In this document: positions 9,210 to 16,175 of the stretch, in pieces
Numbering within the stretch: position 1 is the stretch's first letter
Layout of the letters: the number at the start of each line of letters is the position of its first letter
DNA from: an uncultured delta proteobacterium
GTDB taxonomy: Bacteria > Desulfobacterota > Desulfobulbia > Desulfobulbales > Desulfocapsaceae
Reading direction: 5' to 3'
Length of the DNA: 64,000 nucleotides
NCBI GenBank assembly: GCA_963780775.1
Contig: CAWADO010000007.1
Span: 6,601-70,600, forward strand
Position numbers and translations under genes: made by a program
The notes under the pieces: model-generated
What the model was told of the DNA's origin: nothing
The model's input: only the letters and a program-made list of their open reading frames with translations
The model's database searches: none

Positions 9210-9797
9210 TCATGGCGGGGCCTGCACGTCCGACAGGCTTTCATCTGCTGAATCATAGCTACGATAATTGCTCAGTACCGTGGAGAGCATGTCGGGCAGA
9301 TCGTTTTTCTGCCGGGAGCTGCGCCGGAGCTGCTTCAGTGTCTTGTCGAGCGTCAATACCTCCCCAAGGAAAACATGCCGCAGAATCAAAGAAATCAGCC
9401 TGGTGATTGTGGTCAGATTGGAAATTCTCGACTGCAGGTGCTGGTCGCGGTCAAAGGCGGTTGAGGCAAATATCTCGACCGGATCGCCGTCCATCTCGCT
9501 GATCGATACATACCAGGTATTCTGCTCCCGGTCCCTGGTCCGATAGCGAACGGCGTCCATGACATCGGGCAGATCGCGCTGCTCGAAGTTGCAGGGGGAG
9601 TCGGCTGCCGGTTCTGTGCCGGTCAGTTTGCAGAGTTTTTCGACCAGTCCGGGACGGCTGGTCAGTGTTTTCGCTATGTCGAGACAGGAAGGGCAAAATT
9701 CATTGCCGCTCTTTTCGATAAGCTTATCTTTCTTGCCGCATCCGTCACAGCGTTCCATATCAGCAGCTTTATCCATGGGGCCAGGCTCCGTTTTCAT
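9210..9797 (-). CDS. zinc-ribbon protein with a C-terminal domain resembling the tail (TSCPD-region) module of class II ribonucleotide reductase; function unknown
   Basis: 195 aa is the maximal ORF. Alternative starts are at 9776 (M8, with GGAG 9 nt upstream) and 9758 (M14). There is a CxxC...CxxC motif ('CDGCG...CPSC'). 'LPDVMDAVRYRTRDREQNTWYVSISEMDGDPVEIFAS...TRLISLILRH...LKQLRRS...DLPDMLSTVL' follows the NrdJ C-terminal pattern (RPxxL.G.TYKIKT..G.LYvTIne..g.PfEvF...RLISLALR...qL.G...SCPDAIA). The redox Cys is replaced: 'DLPD' stands where 'SCPD' would be. Confidence 0.6.
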   Translation of the reverse strand: MKTEPGPMDKAADMERCDGCGKKDKLIEKSGNEFCPSCLDIAKTLTSRPGLVEKLCKLTGTEPAADSPCNFEQRDLPDVMDAVRYRTRDREQNTWYVSISEMDGDPVEIFASTAFDRDQHLQSRISNLTTITRLISLILRHVFLGEVLTLDKTLKQLRRSSRQKNDLPDMLSTVLSNYRSYDSADESLSDVQAPP

Positions 9798-10455
9798 TAA
9801 TAGTGGCTATGTACTTGTCCAGCAGTCGCCGAAATTTTGTCCCTCTCATTTCCCGGGCTCCCAGTGAGACAAGATGATCTGTTGTCATTTGACAATCGAT
9901 GATCCGACAGTCGATTGATATTAGAAAATCCACCAGATGAATCAAGGCAAATTTTGAACTGTTCGGTTCGGCCGCAAACATCGATTCGCCGAAAAATACC
10001 TTACCCAGGCTGATGCCATACAGGCCGCCGACCAGTGTCGACCCCTTCCAGCACTCGACCGAATGGGCATAGCCGCGGCGGTGCAGGCGGAGGTATGCCT
10101 GGATCATCTCCTTTGTTATCCAGGTGCCTTCTCCTTCCTTGCGCGGTGCCGCTGCGCAGCAGCTGATGACCTGGTCGAAATCGTGGTTGATACTCAGGCG
10201 CAGATCAGTATTTCGATAATAACGCCTCAGCCGCCTGGAGATATACATTTCTTCAGGGACGAGGATGAGTCGCGGCGAGGTGAACCACCAGAGGATCGGA
10301 TCACCTTCCCCATACCAGGGGAATATGCCCTGTCGGTAGGCGGCGACAAGCCGCTCCACTGAAAGGTCGCCGCCGATCGCCAGCAGGCCGTTGGGCTCGG
10401 CCAGCTCAGGCGGCGGGAAGATGTGGTGCTCGGAAGACAGTTGAAATACCGGCAT
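9769..10455 (-). CDS. aat: leucyl/phenylalanyl-tRNA--protein transferase
   Basis: 'MPVFQLSSEHHIFPPPELAEPNGLLAIGGDLSVERLVAAYRQGIFPWY' aligns from residue 1 with E. coli Aat ('[33 protein letters not shown]...YQRGIFPWF'). I therefore place the start at the ATG at 10455 rather than at 10680 as in the ORF track. The longer version would overlap the divergent gene. 'GESMF' is present. Confidence 0.9.
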   Translation of the reverse strand: MPVFQLSSEHHIFPPPELAEPNGLLAIGGDLSVERLVAAYRQGIFPWYGEGDPILWWFTSPRLILVPEEMYISRRLRRYYRNTDLRLSINHDFDQVISCCAAAPRKEGEGTWITKEMIQAYLRLHRRGYAHSVECWKGSTLVGGLYGISLGKVFFGESMFAAEPNSSKFALIHLVDFLISIDCRIIDCQMTTDHLVSLGAREMRGTKFRRLLDKYIATINENGAWPHG

Positions 10456-10593
10456 GACTATTGTTTCTTCAGGCTGCTGCTCTGTATGCGCCAATATCCA
10501 TTTGATAAATGGCGTCATTGTGTTACAAGTTTGTTGTGATAGCAGGACTGAAAACCATACAACGATTACGTATTCTGGACAAATAGAAAGCAG

Positions 10594-13014
10594 ATGATTT
10601 CCAGGCAGGAACCTTTTCCGGACCACATCGACACCACCTCTTTTTATGATGGCGGTTCGAGAAGGGACATTGTTGAACACATCACCTCGGCATTGAGCGA
10701 AGATGTCGCGCTGATCACCCTGACGGGTACCGACGGTTCCGGCAAAACCATGGTCTGCCGGATGGTCCGGGAGGAGCTCCCCGGTGATCAGGAGGTGCTC
10801 TTCTTCGAGCAGGGAGTGGAATCCTTCGATGAGGTCGTAAACCGGCTTGCTGCTCAGGTCGGCCAGGGCGAATTGGAAGAGATCAGCGATCGTAAAGCTC
10901 TCCTGGACAGGACCATTGAACTTCTCAGCGACAGCGATCGGCGCTTGATCATTATCATCGACTCGGCAGAAAACATATTTCTGGCGACGCTGGAACGGAT
11001 TCGGCGCATGCTCGATGAGGTCAATGCGGACCGATTCTGCGTTCAGCTCATTTTAAGCGGCCGGCCGCTGCTCGCGCTCAACTACAAACAGCTGGCGATC
11101 ATCGCTTTCAAACCGGCCGAGGAGAAGCATCTGAGCCTCGATCCTTTGGATGGTGAACAGACCTTCAACTATCTGAACCATTGCCTCGAACGCGCCGGTT
11201 TTACCGAAAAAGAGCGGTTCACCCGCACCCAGGCTGAAAATATTGCGGATGTGGCCCGCGGTAATTTCAGACTGATCAATCAGCTGGGCGGCAGATATTT
11301 CGATCCTGAGCGGGAAGTCGATTTAGACGAAGCCGAAATCGAGGAACTTTACAACGGTGTCTCGGCAGTTCGGGAAGATGGTGCGTATGAGAAGATTTCT
11401 GCCGGACTGAAAAATGTCGATCTCGATTTTCTCAAAGTGCCGCAACTTGGAATGCGCTGGTATGTGGCAGGCGGCGGCCTGATCCTCTTCATCCTTCTTC
11501 TTTTCCTCCTTCTCAGGGGAGGGGAAGAGGAAACGGGGACGCTGCCGGGGGCCGTCGATGTACCTGAGCTGACCCTGGAAAAAGTGGAACCGGACCCGAT
11601 AGAGCTTCCGGAGCCGTCCATTGTTCAGGTGCCGGCAGCTGAGATTGCCGCCGAGCAGACGACCGCAGCTCCGCTGAAAGATGTGCCGCTGCCAGGATCC
11701 GTCGATGTACCTGAGCTGACCCTGGAAAAAGTGGAACCGGATCCGATGGAGCTTCCCGAGTCTTCCACTGTTCGGGCGCCGGCAGCTGAGATTGTCGCCG
11801 AGCAGACGAGCGCCGCTCCGCTGGAAGATGTGCCGCTGCCAATTGAAGATGAAAAGCCGGGAGATGCGGCTGTTGCCGGCCCTGATCCGGGGAATAAGCC
11901 GGTCCAGGAAAAGACAGTGGTGCCGGAGCCGGCCGCACTGGCCCGGGAAAAGAAGCCGATAGAGCGGCCTGGACAGGAGCCGGATTCGCCGATTGTCGTT
12001 GAAACGGCAGCAGCTGACGCAGAAGAGCCTTCCGTTGCAACAGGAGCGCTCGAGGAAGAGTCGCCGGCTGCAGCTGAAAAGCAGATAGTTGGGAAGGAAC
12101 CGACACGTACCGAAAATGAAACTGAACCCGAAGCCGATTCCACGCAATCTGTGGTTGCGACTCCCGATAGCCAGGCTCCGGAAACAGAAACTACGCCGGC
12201 CGTCGCTGATGCGTCTGCTGACGAGCCGGTGGCCGCCTTGCCTCGGGAAAATCAGCCGGAACCCGCAGTTCCTGCGGTGGTTCCTCCTGAGCCGGCTGAA
12301 GAGGCAGATAAAACTGTTGCGGAAGGGAGCGTTACGAGTGGTGCAGAAACGCTGCGGGTGCCGCAGCTGAGCGTGTTGCCCAGAAAGCAGCCTTCAACGG
12401 AAGCGGTGCCGTTCAATGTCGTCACCCTGAGCCAGGAGAGCAAAAGAAAGCCTGAAGAGACCGCAGCGCAGGCTTCGGCTCAAACCGAACCGGAAGACCC
12501 CGATTCCTCGTCCCAGCCGCCTGCTGCTCGACAGTCCCGGGAAAGAGCGGAGCCGGAGATTACCGAAACGGTGCAGCCGGAAATACAGCCGGCTGAGGCG
12601 GTTCCATCGCGAGTCGTTGGGGACAGAACCGCAGTGCAGCCCGCGCAAAAGAGTCGCACCCCCGCCAGAAATCCGGACAACTACTATGCCGAACGCCTCG
12701 CCGCCGGGTCGCGCTGGCTGGTCGGCGGCAGCAGCCGGAAATATACCGTGCAGCTGATGGTCCTAAATGCCGAAGACGCCCAGGACAATGTCAGGGAGAT
12801 GCTGGTTGAGGATGGCTATCAGTCGATTGTGGATGACCTCTATATTCTCAGAAAATCAGGCCAGCCGCAGACGGTAATGCTCTATTACGGAGAATTCGAC
12901 TCCTCTGCCGAGGCGCGTCAGGCCAAAGCGCAACTGCCCTCGTTTCTGAACAGGCTCGAACCGTATGAACTCGCCGTCAAGGAAGCGGTAGCAAAAGCCA
13001 GAGCAGTTCAGTGA
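10594..13014 (+). CDS. ExeA/MshM-like AAA ATPase, one TM helix, a long acidic Pro/Glu/Ala-rich linker, and a C-terminal SPOR (septal peptidoglycan-binding) domain
   Basis: 806 aa. Walker A 'LTGTDGSGKTMV', Walker B 'RLIIIIDSAE', TM helix 'WYVAGGGLILFILLLFLLL'. About 390 aa are low complexity. The C-terminus 'YTVQLMVLNAEDAQDNVREML...TVMLYYGEFDSSAEARQAKAQLP' is SPOR-like. Confidence 0.75.
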   Translation: MISRQEPFPDHIDTTSFYDGGSRRDIVEHITSALSEDVALITLTGTDGSGKTMVCRMVREELPGDQEVLFFEQGVESFDEVVNRLAAQVGQGELEEISDRKALLDRTIELLSDSDRRLIIIIDSAENIFLATLERIRRMLDEVNADRFCVQLILSGRPLLALNYKQLAIIAFKPAEEKHLSLDPLDGEQTFNYLNHCLERAGFTEKERFTRTQAENIADVARGNFRLINQLGGRYFDPEREVDLDEAEIEELYNGVSAVREDGAYEKISAGLKNVDLDFLKVPQLGMRWYVAGGGLILFILLLFLLLRGGEEETGTLPGAVDVPELTLEKVEPDPIELPEPSIVQVPAAEIAAEQTTAAPLKDVPLPGSVDVPELTLEKVEPDPMELPESSTVRAPAAEIVAEQTSAAPLEDVPLPIEDEKPGDAAVAGPDPGNKPVQEKTVVPEPAALAREKKPIERPGQEPDSPIVVETAAADAEEPSVATGALEEESPAAAEKQIVGKEPTRTENETEPEADSTQSVVATPDSQAPETETTPAVADASADEPVAALPRENQPEPAVPAVVPPEPAEEADKTVAEGSVTSGAETLRVPQLSVLPRKQPSTEAVPFNVVTLSQESKRKPEETAAQASAQTEPEDPDSSSQPPAARQSRERAEPEITETVQPEIQPAEAVPSRVVGDRTAVQPAQKSRTPARNPDNYYAERLAAGSRWLVGGSSRKYTVQLMVLNAEDAQDNVREMLVEDGYQSIVDDLYILRKSGQPQTVMLYYGEFDSSAEARQAKAQLPSFLNRLEPYELAVKEAVAKARAVQ
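11548..11841 (+). repeat. in-frame tandem duplication, 2 x 147 nt (49 aa), inside the linker of the ExeA-SPOR gene
   Basis: Copy 1 is 11548..11694 ('GAVDVPELTLEKVEPDPIELPEPSIVQVPAAEIAAEQTTAAPLKDVPLP'). Copy 2 is 11695..11841 ('GSVDVPELTLEKVEPDPMELPESSTVRAPAAEIVAEQTSAAPLEDVPLP'). 'gtcgatgtacctgagctgaccctggaaaaagtggaaccgga' recurs exactly 147 nt apart. Confidence 0.9.
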
Positions 13015-13832
13015 CGAGCCCGACCTTTGTGTTGGACAATTCTATGCTCGAATTATCGCCCGATCATTCTTCCTATAAAAGCCGAAGGGACCGGAGTGTT
13101 GCTTCCACGGCACTGTTTCCGTCACTGTCTTTTTATCCCCGTTTCCTGATGGAGGTCTACCGCTCTGCCGGAAAAGCCCAGCGGGGAGAGTATGACAACG
13201 AAACCTGGCAGCGCAGCTCGATCAAAGTAGTGCGGGCGCTTGAATCGGTTGGCGTAGCGTTCGACGTCCAGGGGATAGAGAATATCAGCTCTGTTGACGG
13301 GCCGGTACTCTTTATCGGCAATCATCTCAGCGTCATGGAGACGGTGGTGCTGCCTGCCTGGATACTCTCCTACAAGCCGTTTACCTACGTGATCAAGCAG
13401 AGCCTGCTGGAGGTGCCGATTTTCAAGCACGTGATGAGTGCGCTTGACCCGATAGCGGTCACCCGGACCAACCCCCGCCAGGATCTGAAAACAGTGCTCG
13501 AACAGGGAGCTGAACGCTTGTCGCGAGCTCTGTCGATCGTTATCTTCCCGCAGACGACCAGGACCGCCTTCAACCCCGAGCAGTTCAGCACCATCGGGGT
13601 AAAACTGGCCAGAAGAGCCGGCGTGCCGATTGTGCCGCTGGCCCTGCTCACAGACGCCTGGGAAAACGGCAAAATCTCCAAAGACTTTGGCAGGATCGTC
13701 CCTTCACGAAGCGTGCATTTCGCCTTCGGAAAACCGTTAATGGTTGAAGGCAAAGGTGGTGATGAGCATCAGGCGATCATTGATTTCATCGAATCTCATC
13801 TGGCCCGCTGGGGCGCTGAGCGGCTCCCGTAG
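13011..13832 (+). CDS. lysophospholipid (PlsC-family) acyltransferase-like protein
   Basis: 273 aa. The GTG start overlaps the upstream stop as GTGA. Acyltransferase motif I is present as 'FIGNHLSVMET' (HX4E rather than HX4D). Motif III-like 'VIFPQTTRT' and 'VPIVPLAL' are present. Confidence 0.7.
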   Translation: MTSPTFVLDNSMLELSPDHSSYKSRRDRSVASTALFPSLSFYPRFLMEVYRSAGKAQRGEYDNETWQRSSIKVVRALESVGVAFDVQGIENISSVDGPVLFIGNHLSVMETVVLPAWILSYKPFTYVIKQSLLEVPIFKHVMSALDPIAVTRTNPRQDLKTVLEQGAERLSRALSIVIFPQTTRTAFNPEQFSTIGVKLARRAGVPIVPLALLTDAWENGKISKDFGRIVPSRSVHFAFGKPLMVEGKGGDEHQAIIDFIESHLARWGAERLP

Positions 13833-13899
13833 GAGTAGTTGAATTCGCTGAAAAAGCATAGCATCTATCTGGCGTTCTACATATTTTTATCTCAATCAG

Positions 13900-13928
13900 T
13901 TGTCTCATGAAATTTCATTGATTATATA
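13900..13928 (+). promoter_or_regulatory. candidate sigma70-type promoter of the glycine-rich gene, with a 12-bp palindrome in the spacer
   Basis: -35 TTGTCT (13900..13905), a 17-nt spacer, then -10 TATATA (13923..13928). The perfect palindrome ATGAAATTTCAT (13907..13918) lies inside the spacer. The local sequence is strongly AT-rich. Confidence 0.3.
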
Positions 13929-14041
13929 AAACCCTATTTGAAGTAATCGTCAGTGCAGGCTTACCTTAAAGTAAATAGGCTGGTATCATTTGAGCCTTGA
14001 TATGCCGTTAACGTTGAAAGTTATCATTAAAGAGGTACTTC

Positions 14042-15022
14042 ATGAATGACCCAAAAGAAATTTCTCAAGAACGCATGCATACAAATGACGCTCCAAACCG
14101 AGCACGCAGGAAAGCAGTTAAGACAATTACAGGGAGTATCGGTGCACTTGCAGCGTATCATGTGTTGCCTGTAAAATGGTCTGCACCTGTAATTGAGCAG
14201 GTTTTCATCCCAGCCCATGCTCAAACAAGTGGCGTTGAAAATGACGGTGGTGAAAATGGTGGTGAAAATGGCGGAGGATCTGAAACAGTCTGTGATCGTG
14301 CAATTCCCGTCACATATAACGACCCGTCCCAAAATCCAATCTCCTTAACTGTCCCGGCTTGTGCCTCTAGTGCCACGCTGGAACTGGTTGGTGGAGCCGG
14401 TGGCGGCGGAGGTGGCGGCGGCGGTGGTGGCTTCGACAGTGACACCCAACCCGATACCGGAGGAAGCGGTGGGAGAGGTGCGGCTGGTGTGGTTAACAAC
14501 ACTTCTGTTAGCGTCACCCCAGGTGACACAATAATGATTTATGTGGGAGGCGGCGGCGGAGGCGGCGGAGGTGGTGTTGGGTTTCAGAGCGGTGGAGGTA
14601 CTGGCTCAGGTGGGCCGGCTGGTGTTGGGGGAGCAGGCAGTCCGCAAGGTGCTGATGGCGTGGCCGGTCAAACTGATCAGACTGGAGGAGCTTCTCAAGC
14701 TGGCGGTGGTGGCGGCGGGGGAGCTGGAGGGACATCGACCGTTTCCGGAGGATCTTTTCCTGCAGTGAGCGCTGCTGGTGGTAATGGTGGCGGTGGCGGT
14801 TCTGGAATAGACGGGAACGATCCCGGCACATCACCAAATGGAGAAGATGGTGTGGATGGCGGTGCCGGCGGCATCACCAATAATGACGGGAATGGTGGCG
14901 CCGGTGGTGCAGGAGATACAACAAATGGTGGTGGAGGGGCCGGCGGCTCCGGCGGTGTAGGGGCTAATGGCACAGATGGGACGTCCGGAAGCAACGGTTC
15001 TGTGACTGTTACCTTCTTATAG
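14042..15022 (+). CDS. secreted glycine-rich protein (bacterial 'Gly_rich' / ALK-LTK-type glycine-rich domain)
   Basis: 326 aa. RBS AAGAGG lies 7 nt upstream. The N-terminus 'NRARRKAVKTITGSIGALAAYHVL...IPAHA/QTS' looks like a Tat- or Sec-type signal with an AxA cleavage site. The core follows the Gly_rich pattern: 'ISLTVPACASSATLELVGGAGGGGGGGGGGG...GGRGAAGV...VSVTPGDTIMIYVGGGGGGGGGG...AVSAAGGNGGGGG'. Codon usage in the non-Gly part is A/T-ending, unlike its neighbours. Confidence 0.8.
   Translation: MNDPKEISQERMHTNDAPNRARRKAVKTITGSIGALAAYHVLPVKWSAPVIEQVFIPAHAQTSGVENDGGENGGENGGGSETVCDRAIPVTYNDPSQNPISLTVPACASSATLELVGGAGGGGGGGGGGGFDSDTQPDTGGSGGRGAAGVVNNTSVSVTPGDTIMIYVGGGGGGGGGGVGFQSGGGTGSGGPAGVGGAGSPQGADGVAGQTDQTGGASQAGGGGGGGAGGTSTVSGGSFPAVSAAGGNGGGGGSGIDGNDPGTSPNGEDGVDGGAGGITNNDGNGGAGGAGDTTNGGGGAGGSGGVGANGTDGTSGSNGSVTVTFL
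14390..14730 (+). repeat. GGN-codon low-complexity tracts (three polyglycine runs)
   Basis: 14390..14431 'ggtggagccggtggcggcggaggtggcggcggcggtggtggc'. 14546..14575 'ggaggcggcggcggaggcggcggaggtggt'. ~14698..14730 'gctggcggtggtggcggcgggggagctggaggg'. Confidence 0.9.
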
Positions 15023-15213
15023 GGTGATGCAAAAACCTAAAATCAATGAATGTGATGGCGCAGAAATCGCCCTTCCAGCTGAAGAAAATGTTTGATATGT
15101 CTGTAAATCCTTGGATGATCGCCATTCATTGTGACTGCCTGGTTCGTATTCACATTACTTCCGTGAGAGCGATGGGTCGGCTCAGGGTTTTGCCCCTGTA
15201 ATAAACCGCGAAA

Positions 15214-16167
15214 CTAAGGTTTACCGATTCCCAAATGTTTGAGCAGCGTGGCCAGGTCGCGGCTGTCAATTCGGGTTAAACCGATCTTTTGAGCATAGGT
15301 CTGGGCCTGCCGGAGCTGGTTTGGGGCGATGTTTGTTCTCAATTCAGGGTGTCTAGCTGCGTCTCCGCAGGGGCGGTACTGGTCCATGATATTGAGGTAG
15401 GTTTCTGTCGACAATTCGGCGGCGATGAAATCAAGAATTCGTTTGGTTTCATCGAGTGCTCCGGGCATCAGCAGGTGCCTGATCAGCAGTCCCTCGACGG
15501 CAATGCCGTCACGATCAAGCTGCAGGTCACCGACCTGGCCATGCATTTCGATAAGAGCCTCCCTGGCGACTGCCGGGTAGTCGGAAGCGTCACAATATTT
15601 TGCAGCGGAAACTTCGCTCCAGAATTTCACATCGGGCATGTAGATGTCGATAATACCTTCGAGCAGGCGTAGGGATTGAACCGACTCATAGCCGCTGCAG
15701 TTATAGACCAGCGGAAGCTTGAGTCCCTTTTCATAGGCGTGGGGAAGGGCTGCGAGAATCTGGGGGAGGACATGGCTGGGAGTGACGAAGTTAATGTTGT
15801 GACAGCCCTGCTCCTGGAGCTCGAGCATGATCGAGGCAAAGGTTTCGGCGTCGACCTCCCGGCCATGCTCGGGGTGGTTGCTGATATCGTAATTCTGGCA
15901 GAAACAGCAGCCAAGGCTGCAGCCGGAGATAAAAATGGTTCCCGAGCCGCGGCGGCCGACCAGCGGCTGCTCCTCGCCGAAATGGGGACTCCAGCTGGCG
16001 ATGACTGCTTTGTCTGCAATACCGCACCGGCCCTTTTCACCTGCCCTGCGGTCGACCCGGCAGGTGCGCGGGCAGAGTTCACAGCTTGTCAATTTTTCTT
16101 CGGCGAGATGGATACGCCGGGCCAGTAGACCCGTTTTGAAACTGTAGCGTCCTCTGGTCATCTTCAT
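15214..16167 (-). CDS. radical SAM protein, PflX-like (COG1313 type)
   Basis: 317 aa. Radical SAM cluster motif 'GCSLGCCFCQN' (CX3CX2C) and an N-terminal extra Cys cluster 'CELCPRTCRVDRRAGEKGRCG'. It starts 8 nt after the TolC-like stop. Confidence 0.85.
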   Translation of the reverse strand: MKMTRGRYSFKTGLLARRIHLAEEKLTSCELCPRTCRVDRRAGEKGRCGIADKAVIASWSPHFGEEQPLVGRRGSGTIFISGCSLGCCFCQNYDISNHPEHGREVDAETFASIMLELQEQGCHNINFVTPSHVLPQILAALPHAYEKGLKLPLVYNCSGYESVQSLRLLEGIIDIYMPDVKFWSEVSAAKYCDASDYPAVAREALIEMHGQVGDLQLDRDGIAVEGLLIRHLLMPGALDETKRILDFIAAELSTETYLNIMDQYRPCGDAARHPELRTNIAPNQLRQAQTYAQKIGLTRIDSRDLATLLKHLGIGKP

Positions 16168-16175
16168 CCCGTCTT

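Noticed and set aside
10456-10680. The N-terminal 75-aa extension of the aat ORF given in the track (start 10680).
   Set aside because: The alignment with E. coli Aat begins exactly at the Met at 10455. The extension would overlap the divergent gene that starts at 10594 and would consume the whole divergent promoter region.
11323-12680. Several 60-270-aa ORFs in other frames across the Pro/Glu/Ala-rich linker region. I also considered whether the 147-nt repeats could be a CRISPR-like array.
   Set aside because: Low-complexity GC-rich sequence is open in many frames. There are only two repeat units, they are directly adjacent with no spacers, and they are in frame with a continuous 806-aa protein. 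This is a coding tandem duplication, not a CRISPR array.
14221-14994. Proline-rich minus-strand ORFs (14221..14529 and 14695..14994) and other ORFs overlapping the glycine-rich gene.
   Set aside because: GGN codons read as NCC (Pro) on the opposite strand, so polyproline ORFs are an automatic mirror image. The plus-strand gene has the RBS, the signal peptide and the family pattern.
15044-15131. A long-range inverted repeat downstream of the glycine-rich gene: caatgaatg (15044..15052) pairs with cattcattg (15123..15131), and there is a further 3-bp extension.
   Set aside because: It has only 9+3 bp with a ~70-nt loop, and there is no T-run. In a ~190-nt AT-rich spacer a match of this size can arise by chance. 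I keep it as a note only, not as a terminator or RNA element.
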